From Sphagnum compactum (taxonomy: Eukaryota): 64,000 bases of DNA. The number at the start of each line of letters is the position of its first letter. The stretch's first letter is position 1. The translations under genes were made by a program, and so were the position numbers. Location: NCBI GenBank assembly GCA_965153455.1, contig OZ234493.1, positions 26,650,213-26,714,212 of the forward strand, read 5' to 3'. Shown here in pieces: positions 39,201 through 52,490 of the stretch. The notes under the pieces are model-generated. The model was not told where the DNA came from. It worked only from the letters and a program-made list of their open reading frames with translations, and did no database searches.

Positions 39201-42200
39201 TGCATTTCAGGTTACATCTGGAGAGTTGGGCTCACCTCTACATTTTTGTGCTTTGAAAGCTCATAAAGTGAGTCTGAAAAACTGCAAGTCCAACACAAGG
39301 TTAAGCACACCCTTGCAATGGAAAATATAGAGAACATTTATGCCCCCAGTCCTCAGTCCCAACATCCTGGGACAGTCACAGAATCTGCTTGGAGATCAAG
39401 CCTTTCTGCTTTGCTCATGACCAATTACTCTTAGCTTGAAACAAAACTGAAAAATACTGTAGCACAGAGGTCTGGGCTAAAGTTGAATGAGGCATCCAAA
39501 CACCCAGTAGTCAACAGATGATTTGCCAGACAATCATCAGACAAGACTCCTATAGGAACCTTCAGTTCTGAGAAATATGCCATAATCAAGGACTGATCCC
39601 CAGAGACATCCAGTGGTTTCTGGCTACATCTTGAACAATGGTGTATGACAGGTACATTCTAGACATGGTAAACTGGTTTATATGCTATATGGTGACAAAT
39701 TCAGGTGACAATCTGGTGTTAAGGAGCAACCTTTCAATGCCATCACGTGGTGGATTTGCATAAATATGCTCCACTGTGAGAACCTTATGCACTGCCAAAT
39801 GATCCAGCACCTGCCACAGAACCAAGATGGCCCCCCCCACACCAACACCTCAATATTGGAACATGTCCTACAATAGAACCAGAAACATTTTTCCATCCCC
39901 AACATCTTTCCACATACTTTGATCTCATATTCTCTCTCCTGTAATGTCCCACTGATGCATTCTCATATAGCTACATCTTTCAAATCATATTTATGAGATT
40001 GCAGAGAGAATCCACAATAACACTTTGAAGGTAATGCTCATGTCAGTTCCAGCAAAACCACAACTAACACAAAAGAATCAGTGCCACCTAACCTGATGAA
40101 TGCCACTCACAAAAAATGGGAACAAAACCTTAATCATGAATAGCAGTGACTTGCTGACATGACTCCCCACTGACTTTGTCAGTAGTGAGTGTGATCATTA
40201 TGTTGAAAAGATATGCCCAAGATTTCAGGCAAACAATTATACAAATATATGCATCTGAATTACCCACAAGCAATGGGAAGACTCACTCCTGAAGGTCATT
40301 ACTTCTTTCAAAATGCCCAAACAACAATGAAGCTATTGCAAATACACAGTTCTGTAAAAGAGAAAGGACCTTCAAGAGCTTGCGAAGAATGGGTATCTTT
40401 TCCCATTGCCTACGGAACTGCTTGATCAGATTGTGAAAAATTTGCAGACCTGGAGTTCATAAAATTAAGTCACATAAGTCAATCAGCAAGCAGTCACACT
40501 GTATCCTCTTCTTGGGTGTGAAACACAACCCCTATGTTCCTTGCCAACTAACCACTTGTCTTCTACTGTATTGAAGACCGCATCACCACCACAGCATAAC
40601 AACACCAGATGCCCTGGCAGGTCAATGTCAAGTTTTCCTTATTCTCTGATCTTGTAAAAGTTTTCTTCCCATTCCCATATATGTGAAGTACCATAGAGTC
40701 ATGACTCTGAAAACTGTGCTCACCATTTTTGTTCATGATATCTTTCAGTACTGCCCCCTTGTTGGTCTGCAGAAGTCCTTCAAGCAGCAGAGACAAGTCC
40801 CGCATACTACAACCCATCCAATCCAGACTTGGTTAATACCAAACCTGACACACCTGATTCGAAAGCAGCAACAATCAGAACAAAACACAATACTAAACAT
40901 CACATCTGATCTGGAGATTTATTGTTGCATAACAAACCTGCAAGCAGCAGTCCCATTGACAGAGTCGCCTGAGGTGGCTGTAAGTACCAACAGCTTCAGA
41001 TAATGCTTTGCAGCATCCTGCACAAAATTGTTATCCCAACAGAATGAGTTGTAGGTCGCTTTCCACTGTGCACGTTATTGTCTCATGTTGGTTAAATGGT
41101 CAGTTTTGTTGGGAGGTAAATCAACACCCTCCATCAAACACATGAGAACAAAAATCACCCATTGCTTCAGGTTGAGGGACACAAACATGAAAGAAAAATG
41201 AATCAGATCAAGGATGGAATGTGACAATGACTTACCCTTCGGTTTTGAAGTCCTCCATGACTATCTGACATTTCTCCTAGCTTCTCTTCCACTGCAGCAC
41301 ACAAAGATGACAAGGTATTAGCAGACAATGTAGGTATGAGACTACCTCTCCTGAAAACTAGCGAACTTGTGCAATTCAAACTGATGTAATGAACATTGCT
41401 GCTTCTGAATCACTTGTTGGCAATGCTCTACTACCACTGTAACCAGGATACTGTCAGAACCACTGTAGAGGAGAGATGAAACTGATTGCATGCTGACATC
41501 CAGAAAGTGAGCAACACATAGCCTCTGGAAGGTACCTTCACTGTAGTGCATGTTACGGATGAGTGAGTGACCCCCATTTGCATGTATATCTCTGCTCACA
41601 TTGATAGTCAGGCCCTTTGATTGTGCAATCTTTGCACCAGATTTTTTTGGCAATGCTATTGTCTTCACACGCTTCACACTACCCTTCCCTTCTTTGGCCC
41701 CCGAAGACAAAGCTTTGCGTTTTACACCTTGTGTGGCCTTCAAAACCTTCACATCTTGGACATCACTATCTGAAGTCATCCGGAGTTTCTTTACTGGTCC
41801 TACTTTTGATCCATTGAGTACATTATGAGGTTCCTCAATGTCATCTGCTTGAAGCATGATGGGCTCCAAGTCTTCATCCTCATCAGATTCATTCTCCACC
41901 ACTGTACGTGGAGTATCCGGGTCACCTCCAATGAAGCCCCGGCAATTGACAGCACCACACTCACACTTCTTGGCAACAGCGCCACCAACACGTTCATAAT
42001 TGTAGTTGAAGGTAATCTCTTCTCCCTGGATTCAAATACTCCACCCACTATGTCAGCTGTTCAGGTGTATTGTGTATCATGTACCCAAAAAGCCTTAACA
42101 AATGCCAACACATTTATATCAATGAGTTTCAGGAATCAAACAGGGGCCAAGAACAGTACAGCAAGAAACACTAACATGTTATAGCAACATGTAGCCAAGT

Positions 42201-45200
42201 ACAAATATCTTTCCCAAGACCTTTCCCAAAGCCATAATCAACTAACCAAGCAACTGACCTGCAACGCCACCCCTTCAACATGCTATGTTTCAGAAACCAC
42301 AAATCACCTGAACCAATCATGACAAGCAACATAGTGAAGTACCTCTATGAGGTCCCGGTTTGCAAAGAGGCCAATGCACACTTCTCCATCCACTGTCCAC
42401 TGTTACATGCACTAGTCACAGATGAGAAGCAATAGGAGAAAGGATCCTATGACTCATCTCAGTGCAATGCTTCGAGCAAAATTCTTATCAGTCCAAGGCA
42501 CTCACAGGGTCATTGAGAATCCAACTACTAACAGAGGGATACGAGTCTTTCTGAGCTTTGACACCCAAAGATCATTCACCACAGGCAGTATAGCTTTGTA
42601 GGAAGACCTGAGCCACTTAAACACATCCATAAGGGAAGTGGAACTAAATTTGGTTTAATCAGATTCTTATGAAACTTCCACACAGCACAAAGAAACAGAA
42701 GACATGGACCATACTTCCCATTTTTAATCCTCCTTCATCCCTAAAACCTGAGGAAGGAGGATTCAAAGCAGCAGTATGTCCACAAGAAGCAGAGAATGCT
42801 TCTGTGAAACATGATCAAGAGTAAAGGTTAGAGACATTTCTCCACGTTGGACCAAATTAGGCCACCTTCTTTGCAGATAAAAAAGAAAAAGAAAAGGACA
42901 AGGGAGTTTGGCAACCTTTTCTGTGCGGCAGTTGGGTTCACAGCTATGGTTGATGAAACGACCCAAATTGCCTTTGATACAAGCATCAATCACCTGGAGA
43001 AAAGTACCCAGTGCCTCTTTTCAGTTGTGGGAAAACACAAACACCTTTACTTGAATATGTAATTACAAGCTGGTCCTAATGTTTTATGTCCAAGGACCGA
43101 CCTTTTTGTTGCAGGTCTGAATTGTAGGGTGCTTTCTCCAGTCAAAAGTTAGGAAACCTTTCATCCAAAGAAGAGAGAAAGAAAATGGCCTTCGGTGAAG
43201 CTATGGCAGGGTTTTCACTGTTGGCTACTTTAAGAGAATATTTCAGACATGTCAATAGTAGTACCACAAGATGAAGCAAGAAACAAGTAGGCCCACAAAG
43301 GAGTGTGAAGAAAATACCTCACTGCTGCTCAAACTCATGAAATAGAAGTGTTTTTGACCCTTCATTGCATACTCTTTCTGTCGTGCCTCATAGGCCTGTA
43401 TATTCAACACCTGCAGGAATCTCATTCAAGAGAAATTGTTTCAGAGCCTTGTAGCTTTGACACTTTGAGCCAAATGAGAATGGAAGCATAATGAAAGATG
43501 AAGGAAAACAAAGAGAGCACACCTCACCAACATACTCGATGATGAATGAATCCTTGCATACATTTTCCATAATCTTTAGTCCGAATCCCTTCTTCCCACA
43601 TCGAAACCACTGAACTTGTATGTGTGCTCCCTTTTGAAACTGTTACCATAACACAATCAGTTTGTACAGCTGTGAACAAACACAAACTTCTGAAGTAGAA
43701 ACCTTGCTGGCAACAACTGGTCCAACATGTGCATACATTTGTCAGATTGATGTCCTGATGTAGCACATGTGCATGCAACATGATTTAGTTCCTGCTTTCT
43801 TACCAGCTGTGACAGCGGATCATGAAGGTCCACCTCATGCAACACAAGAACAAAACAAGGTGTTTGACTAGATCATGGACACCCCTCTTCACACCTGCTG
43901 GTTGGAGCAATCTGTTAAACACGGACATTGCTGTGACAAGCACTCAATGCTGAGCATTCGATTCAAGCAGTTTTCTCCACATGCCACCTCCCCATCAGTT
44001 GGTGTTCTACATTGACAAACCATTGCCTGTTGCCCATTTTGAAATACTCAGTAACTCCAACAAACACTTTGTTAATTTGCCCCAATACTCATAAATCATG
44101 ACATGACCAAGGGTGCAAGTACAGCAGGAACTAACTACCTTTCCTGAACAACCAATATTCTGTTCAGGAGCAACAATTAAAAGAAGAATATGGTGCAGGC
44201 TTACCTCATCTGGATCCTGGTGTTTCCGACTGCGATGGTTGAATATGTTGTGGTGAATAAGGGTCCAAACAGCTGGGCGGGTCTCTAGCACATTTTCACA
44301 TACCACACTTTTCAGCTCATTTGAATGCTTAAGGACCGATATCCATTAGTAAAAGGTGTAGTGAGTGTCAACTTGCTGGACATGTCCACCCACCTTGAAT
44401 ACAGACTTCCATTGGCTTCTCACAAGTTGCATTAGTACCATCCTCTTCATCACACTCTGAATTTTCTGATATCTCCAGCTCCCTATTTATCTCTGCATCA
44501 CTTTTTTCTTGAGGTATGCAGCAATCTGCAAACTCTTTGTTGGGGTTATCACTACAGGACCTGCAATCATGTGGCAAGTACACATTACCACCCATTTTGA
44601 CTTGAAACTTGCAAATTGGATCTGCATGGTGCTCAGCTATCATGCATAGTCTGGCCAGTAGCATGCAAACACCACAAAAACATGACAGCAGCAATGCAAG
44701 CCTCATGCTCTGAGCAGTATCATTCATCTTTCACTTTGAAGAGAGACACATGACATGAGCCCACAATTGAAGTTCACAGTTCAGGAAGTCTGTTCTTCAA
44801 TCACACAACAAGCTCTACTTTGCACTGATTTTGTTTCTATGCTCCCTATTCTTCATACTCACTAGCACTATTAATCACTCCTTGAATTGTCACTGCCACA
44901 TCAGAAAACAAACTAAGCGTACCAGTAGCGATTCGTGGCATCAATCTCATCAGCAAGATCAACAGGGATGCACCGCCATTTGCCACAATTATCACATAGT
45001 ACCCAGCTCACCCTTGGGGTAGTGCCAGCACTGGCATCCACCTTATCCCTTGTGTTTGGAACCCCCTTAGTGGATTCACTTGACACCTCTTCTCTTACTG
45101 CAGCATTGTCTGTGTCTCTTGCCAGGCCTCCCAATGCACCTGTGCACATGGAAATCTATGATATCATTCTCATCACTATGCTCTAATTTGCTACAGCTCA

Positions 45201-48200
45201 CACATATCCCGATTGAACTTCTGTTTTCTTAATCATCACAAAAAAATAAAGACACTGAAGACAACTTTACAATTCATACCCAGCTCTTCTGCAAATGCAA
45301 TAATATAGCTGCTCCTTGGGAAGAACATTGGAACCACAGTAAGAGAGGAACAAGATGACAAAGTTCAGATTTGACAGCTCATGGAGCCAATAGAGTAATC
45401 AGCACAGGGCAATCAGCAACCTGAAACTCCTATCGCCCAACTAAACATTCCCTAAACTGAATGGCCCCATGAAGGTAGACTGCAAGGCACTGTTAGTCCT
45501 TACAATAATCCTTGCTGCTGTATCAACCACACAAAGCCACTAACCACTAACACCATAGTAAAATAAAAACAACAATGGTGATGGAAACACTGACCAACAT
45601 TGGTCCCTCTCCTCAAAGAGCCAAAACTATCCACACAAGCCCTTCCCATCTCTTCCTTCATCAGGTTGGCTGCTGTACTCAGATCATTTACAGCTCCATG
45701 TGCAAGGTCTGATGACAATTCATGACTTTAGGACCATTCAGCAGAAAGGAAGAGAGGGAAGATATATTTCATGAGCATTTGCAGTTGGCAGCCTACCTTT
45801 CTGCAAAGACTGTGCATCACCTCCGGTGCAGTTCCCATCTGAAGTAGAATTCTTTTTCAACATCGGCTCTGGTTGTTTTTTGCACGTACTTTTCTTAGTT
45901 ACACCTGGAACAAACATTGATAACTGTCAGATTACATCAAAGGTCAGAACTGTGGGTGAACACTGAGGAGCTAGAAGTCCCCAGTTACAGGCCATTCTCG
46001 TTTTCACCCACAATCTCACGTAACGGTCAAATATTCACCTCCCCGTCAGAACACTGCCTACCTGACATCCAGCGTCCTTGCTTGGACAGAGCAGGGGCCT
46101 CTACAGCCACTTGACATTTTCTTGATGCAGCAAGAGGTTTGACAGCTGGGGTGTTACATTTGCGAATTCGTACACTGCCTGTAGACAACACATCTACTTC
46201 AGTGAAGTTGTTGAGCAATATGTTATTCACCGATGCACCCAAAGCTCATGCACCTCATTCCCCACATCCACCAAGCTCACCTCTGTGCACAACTTGTGAG
46301 GCCTGGCTCCATTTCTCACAGATTCCCTTTCCTGATGATGCCAAATCATCAGCAGTTTTTGCAACCTCATGGGACAAAAAACCACCCTCAGAAACTTCAA
46401 GAGGTCCTTTCTCCCCTACCAGGCTCTCCTTTTCAACATGTTTCCCCACAGCCACCTTGCTTTTTTTGCTACAGGACATCGGCTTGTGTCCCACTTCTAA
46501 TTTTTTTGCCTTTCCAGCACTGCAAGTATCCCTTTGAGCCTCAGTGACTTGTCCGAACTTTCCCTTTCTGTTTCTCAAGGGCACCTTCCCATCTTTTGGG
46601 AAGACAGCATCTGAGGCTGCCACAATTTGTTCATTCTCTACGTTGGTACCTCCAGCATCTGGACAACCAGCAATCATTGCTCTAAGCCAAACAACAATAA
46701 ATTTATGCCAGCCAGAACCAGTGTGACTGAGAACCCCTTACCTACACCATAGGTACTGCATCCTTCTCAGAAGGCAGGCACTGAGCTTCACAGGTGGTCA
46801 TGCATCTCAGTACATTTATCAACCAGTTGAACTTCAAAGTCTGGATTGGATCTGGTTTATCCACTCATCTCTGTCTAGCATACATAAGACCAAGAAGGTC
46901 TCATCCTTTCAACTCAAGAAATAAGAAGCACTTGCTTCAAGTGGTTCCTTACACCACAAAGCAGCCAAGTAGCTGGGTGCAAGAATTCAATGATTGAATT
47001 CAGGTAAGCTGCAAGTCTCGCACTGTTTCCATGAAAAATGCCTAGTGCTGTGGAAGTTCATTTCATAAGGAACCATCCTGAGCAACCAAAAACTTCTACA
47101 GCACCACATTTCATACTCTCCACAGCCACAAACTTGATGTCTAGCATTCCCTGCCTAGATGTCCCAGATAAGACTCAGCAGGTTGCTACATCCCTTAATG
47201 CCTCACAAGAACTATAAATGAGACAAAGAGCCTGGAGTTGCTGACCAGTAACAAGAACAGCTGAGTGATTCAATGCACAAGGCTCAATCTATGAGCAAGA
47301 TTAGAGCAAATGAGAAGGAGGATGTGACTAAGTTGCAAGAGAAGAAGCAAGCAATTAGGGTGATGAAGTGCAATGCATTTGAACCTGTAACATTGTCACC
47401 AGCAATGCCTTCAGTTGTTCCATCTCCATGTCCAAATGACTTGTGCATTGTAGCATCCCAGGAAGTCACAGAAATGGCATCCTCCCCAGACAATCCACTT
47501 GATTTTCCCCATTGACAGCTGTACTCTTCTTTAGCAGTGTGCTCAGTATGTCCAGCTTCCTCCTCTCCAGGCTCCAATGTTGTTGGAGCCTTAAACATAG
47601 CCTCAGAGACAGCAACAGGATTTGCTTGGATATTGATCAGTCCTGCCTTCCCAACATCAACAGGTTCCTCTTCCCCTCCCTTTCTTGCAAGAGCAAAAGG
47701 AGTATGACTGATTTCCTCTACAATCCCTCCATCTCCACTAGTTTTAGATTCTAATTGGTCCTCAATCTGTTGTGCATTACCTGCCCTAATCTTATTTCCT
47801 GCCATTGCAGCTGATAAATTATGAATCCTCTCTTGTTTCTGCACATTACAAGCCTCCTTTAAACCCCTAGAGAGACGTGAAATCTGATCCATGATCAATC
47901 CAGACTCTATCTCTTCTCTTTCCCCATTGTGACCTGTGTCATTCTGACAGCCCAAGGCATCCTGTCTTATTACTTCTTGATCCGTCTCTTCACCTTGCTC
48001 TTGGCCAAATGAAGCTGTACCATTTGCCCCAGAGAGACAATTTGTGTTGACAGCATTGCCATCTACTGCTGTTTCTTGCCCCAAAAACCCAGCCTTTGTG
48101 CTGACCCTCAGTTTTTCAAACTGTCCATCAACACATGCTAAACTCTCAGGTCCCTTATGCCTCTTTCCACTAACCCGTCCACCACTAGTATGCACATCAT

Positions 48201-50820
48201 TTATATGAGAAATTTCCTGGAGCTGAGAGTTATCCAGTGGCTTAGCTTCCTTTGCAACATCCTTATCAACTCGGCATCTACTTCGTTGACTTCCAGTTGA
48301 GCTGCTTTCCAGAATCTTGTCCACTTCCAAGGCATTCAAATTATCTTCCTGACTTAGCTTTCCCCCTGGCTGTGCCAGTTCTGTTGGCCAATTGGGACTG
48401 ACACTGTGACCAATTTCATTTCCATTGGACATTCCCTTTCCAACAGCAATTCTCCTCTGATTCTTACCTCGCCTTCGAATGTTTTTATGCTGGATGGTTC
48501 TGAGTGGTTGTAGCTCAGTCTCTCTGCCTTCCATGCTGACTGGTCCCTCATGCTGGTGATGACTTTTCTTCTTAGCCCAGACAGTTCCTTCCAATTTCTT
48601 CTTTAGAAAGAGCCTCTCCACTGGACCCCGAGCTTCAGTCATCTGGTCTGATGCCAAATCAACATGAGGACCCTCCAGTCCCCTGTTCATGGCAGGACCA
48701 GGAACATCATTACTCTCTGCAGTATGAACAGTGATGCAGTTGCCCCATCCTTGCCTGCCCCCTCTGCCAGCACTCCGCTTCCCGGTCTTCTTTCCTGTGA
48801 TTGTCTCAAACAAGATTCAGCAAGAGAGACCCAAAAGCTACAAAAACACATACCAAAATTGCTTGGATCAACAAACTGCCCAGTTCTCTAACCCTACTTA
48901 TCTTGCAGTATGTGTCAAGTACCAGAAATGCCCATGCTGTAAAACAGTTGCACTCAACACAGATTACCCCAGTAGAGTCTTACCTGGAACAAATACCACA
49001 CCTTTAGGGCATGCTGACTCATGATCAGAGTCTTGATTCTGGCAAATAAACCTTCCTGTGGCCCTACTTCGTGTCACGCGAATCCTCCCAGTTTCATTCT
49101 GGAATCTGAAGCCTTCTGCCAAGGATCCATCCTGAGCAGCACCACCATTGCTTTCCTCCACCTGGAAAGCAACCTCTTTGCTTCCAGTTTGCTTTCCATG
49201 AAAACCCTTTCCAGCTCTTCGAGGCCTCACCACCTGTGCATCCAACAGTGCTCCCAGCTCTCGTGACACTCGCCCACTCTTTCCACGGGTTGATGGCAAA
49301 GTAGGAGTACCTTTTTCCTCAGGCAACTTCTGACTATCTTCCATCTTCATTCCTGCACCTGGTCCGGCATCCACAAGCAAAAACATTTAGCAGAATTCAC
49401 CAAATAGGGTTTATACTGTGCTAATAATCAGAGTCAATATGTGGAAGGCAGTGCACAACAATTCATCAAATAGGGTTTACAATCAGAGTCAATATGCTGA
49501 AGGCAGTGCACAACAAGGATGCACTAGCATTGCAGGAAATGATGCATCAATGTGAATCTCCCCCTTCAGTGCAAAAGAATATTCAATCTGTAACCCCTGC
49601 AATATCACATCTCAACTTACCTGAAACCAAAAACCCTAAAAGGAGGTCCAGGCTTGGTTTCCAGTCAATGACCAAACCCAACTCCATGCTGCATCTGACA
49701 AGAGTCTTCTCTCACATATGATTGATTGATTCTTACCTGCTACTATACAAGTTGGAGGGTGCGCAGCAGGCTCTTTGCATATGCTTGTAGCATGATAGAT
49801 TTCCTGCTTGGCATTTCCCCTTTCAACAATTGTTTCTTTGAAGGCATGGATCTTGTTGAAGATTCTCAAAGGCCTTGGCTGTGATTCTGGCTGCTGCTCG
49901 AATTCGGTAGCAGCTACTCCAGCCTGAATGTCACCCAAAGAACAGGGATCCTGCAGCATGTCGCTGCATTCTTCTTCTTCGCCCTCGTCAACCCTAACCC
50001 CAGAAGAGGACACACACCCTACCAATCCTCCATCGCCACCACCCACTTGGCTCCCCTCCTCCTCTTCTCGCCCACGGACGTCGTCATCATCGTCGAAAAT
50101 CGATTGAATCTTCGGCCCAAAGGAGGAAGAACAACCCATCAAGGGAACATCATCCCCATGCAAAACCCCGAACTGCAACCCATTCGCATGATCATCATGG
50201 CCAGCTCCACAGCCCCCACTACCATAAGGCCCTTGGTAATGCTCTGTGTGGAGAGCTCCTCTACCTAAGCGCTCTTGTGCCTCCTGTCCACCCGCCGCAT
50301 TTGGGATCAATTCCCCTCTGCCCCCATATTCGCCATACTCAAAACCTCCCGCCCCTCCTAGTCCCCCACAATTTCCACCTGCGTACTGATACTGCTGAGC
50401 TTCGCCCTGATTCTCAGAACCCATCGCCCCATTCTCGTCTTCCTCATCCTCCTCGTCCTCTTCATCTTCCTCTTCCTCTTCCTCTTCTGTTCCCGCAGCC
50501 CTGAACCCTAAATAATCCGGACCTTGATCTCCTCCTCGCAAATTCCCAAGAGCCGCAACACCAGCTGCGCCACCAGCTTCTTCTACTCCTAGCTCTTCTT
50601 CTTCTTCTTGTGATCCTCCTCCTCCTCCTCCTTCGTCGCTGCTCTCCAATTTGAACAGATTCGCGACATCATCCCGTTGTCCACCACCAGAGCCGCGGTA
50701 TCGGAACCGCTCCACGTTCATGATCACCACGCCGTGCGCCAATTCCAAAGAAGCTGGAAACTCCAGGTTCTTCGCCGTTGCAAAATGCTCAAACAGCGGC
50801 CCCGTCCCATCATCCTCCAT
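36276..50820 (-). CDS. ASHH2: Histone H3K36 methyltransferase of the ASHH2/SDG8/EFS (Set2-like) class: long disordered N-terminus, CW zinc finger, AWS, SET, post-SET, helical domain, Pro-rich region, SRI-like C-terminus; more than 25 exons
   Basis: [18 protein letters not shown]...[19 protein letters not shown] (45139-44923, 44560 to about 44394). [45 protein letters not shown] (about 44026-43896). [46 protein letters not shown] (42993-42916), GEEITFNYN. Post-[18 protein letters not shown] (about 42025-41930). Also [27 protein letters not shown]. Last exons about 36830-36790, about 36651-36559 and 36389-36276 (TGA). N-terminal exons 50820-49737, about 49355-48984, 48794-47385, 46658-46281, 46178-46062, 45905-45798 are joined by phase-1 introns; some of these boundaries are approximate. 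Confidence 0.93.
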
Positions 50821-51207
50821 TGTTCTCTTCTCTTCTCTTCTCCACAACACACAAACACACACCCCCTCACTCGACTCCCAAAATACCCACAAAATCAACA
50901 ACTAAGTCCACAACAAAAACAAACCCAAACTCCTCCGAATTCATTCCAAGTCTCCTCATCAGAAGAAAAATCAACAGCAGCAGCAGAAGCAGAAGACATG
51001 TGCACGAAGACTACTGTCTCATCAACCTATTAAGAAACAACGGCTACTGCTGATGCTCCAGCGAGAACGATACTCTTAAAGCCCCCAGCAGCAGGCATAC
51101 AGTAGTCCCAGGACCTTGTTGTTGGATCTTCTTCAACATGCTTCCTGCTGCTGCTGCTGCTACTGGCTGATTATAAGCACTTTTCACATCATTTTCCCCA
51201 CACCCGA

Positions 51208-51312
51208 GACTGACGAACGATTTGCCATGATTTGTCTATAACCAAGTCTGACGAACGATTAGCAACGATTTTATAACGATTTGCCTATACCCAAGTCTGA
51301 TGAATGATTTGT
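51208..51312. repeat. Three-copy CTGACGAACGATT repeat upstream of the ASHH2 start codon
   Basis: ctgacgaacgatt at about 51210 and 51248, and ctgatgaatgatt at about 51297, linked by 'gatttg.ctata.ccaagt'. Confidence 0.8.
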
Positions 51313-51839
51313 TGCAACACGATGAGCCAGATTTGAGGGCATAAGAGCAAAGGAAACGCAAGGCAAAGCAAAGGCAAGGCAAGGCAGAAGCCGATGGTTG
51401 CTGATGCTTCTTGGGTTTCTTGTTGTTTGGGGGGTTTTGTGTTCTTCTTATAGCGATGAATCGAGGACGACGATGAATGAAGGCGACGAGGAAGAAGAAG
51501 AGGAGGAGGAGGGAGTGACGGAGAGTGGCTGGAGGAGACGTCGTCGTCGTCGTCGTAGCAGCGGTCGTAATTGGAGTGGGCTCATGAAGTAGATGAGAAG
51601 AGTGGGAATGGGTTTGCCACTGCTGCTGCTGCTGCGTTGTTTTTGTTGTTGCCTTTAATGTACGTAACTACGTAAAAGGGACCGACTGCGGCTTGTGGCG
51701 GCTTCTTCTTCATCTTTTTTTCTTCTTCTTGTCAATACCAAACCCAATCAAATAAAGAAAGAAAGGGAAAAACAAAAGCGCATGCAATTTATTTCTTATT
51801 TCTTCTGTTTTCTCCTTGTGTTATGTACTGTAGTACTTT

Positions 51840-52022
51840 GGCAGCTTCAACACTAATTAAATTATTTAGAAAACATTTAAAATTTTCAAAAAAATATTTC
51901 AATGGAATTTATTTTTTTGAAGGAAAATAGCAAATCCAAGAGATTATTTAAGAGAATTCAAATTTTCAACATGGAATTTTCAATTTTAGTTAATTATTCA
52001 ACAAACATGTGTTGAAGCTGCC
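51840..52022. mobile_element. MITE-like element, family A, copy 2
   Basis: Same 14-bp TIR GGCAGCTTCAACAC / GTGTTGAAGCTGCC, similar length and similar immediate flanks to copy 1. Confidence 0.85.
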
Positions 52023-52264
52023 CTTGTATTATGGAAGCCGTGCTTTTTTCTGGGGCAAATTTTTGCACCTGAGTGACCAAAACAAAACAAAACCACAGTG
52101 CGAATTGTACACAGGACTTTTTTTAATTTTTAAAGCAACAAAAAAGCAAAAGTAACCAGATTGAGGGAAAACAAAAGTCACGTGTTGTCATATCTAACAA
52201 TGAGTTCTTATTGGTTGCCAGAACCAGGCAGGATTATTTTTTAAAATTCTACTTTACTGTCTGA

Positions 52265-52490
52265 CATATAGCCAAATTTGGCTCACTCCTCTTGTCCATG
52301 ATCCCCAGTCCACATACTTGACAGAATTGATTAAATTAATAAATTTTATTATTTAAAAAGAAAAGAAAACCCACCCTCTTGTATGTATGTATACAATGTC
52401 CCAGTTGGACCATGGATTTTTCCAATTTTGCGGTGTAGCCAAACTGGAGATCATCCACAAGAGGAGTTAACCAAATTTTAGTTATACACC
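52265..52490. repeat. Inverted pair of an interspersed repeat (family B, 'tagccaaatttggct...cttgt..atgat' core)
   Basis: 52265-52330 is the approximate reverse complement of 52420-52490. Related single copies at about 15380-15450 and about 53365-53440. Confidence 0.7.

Noticed and set aside
51398-51592. Plus-strand 64-aa ORF with poly-E and poly-R
   Set aside because: Antisense reading of trinucleotide microsatellites in the ASHH2 leader; non-ATG start.
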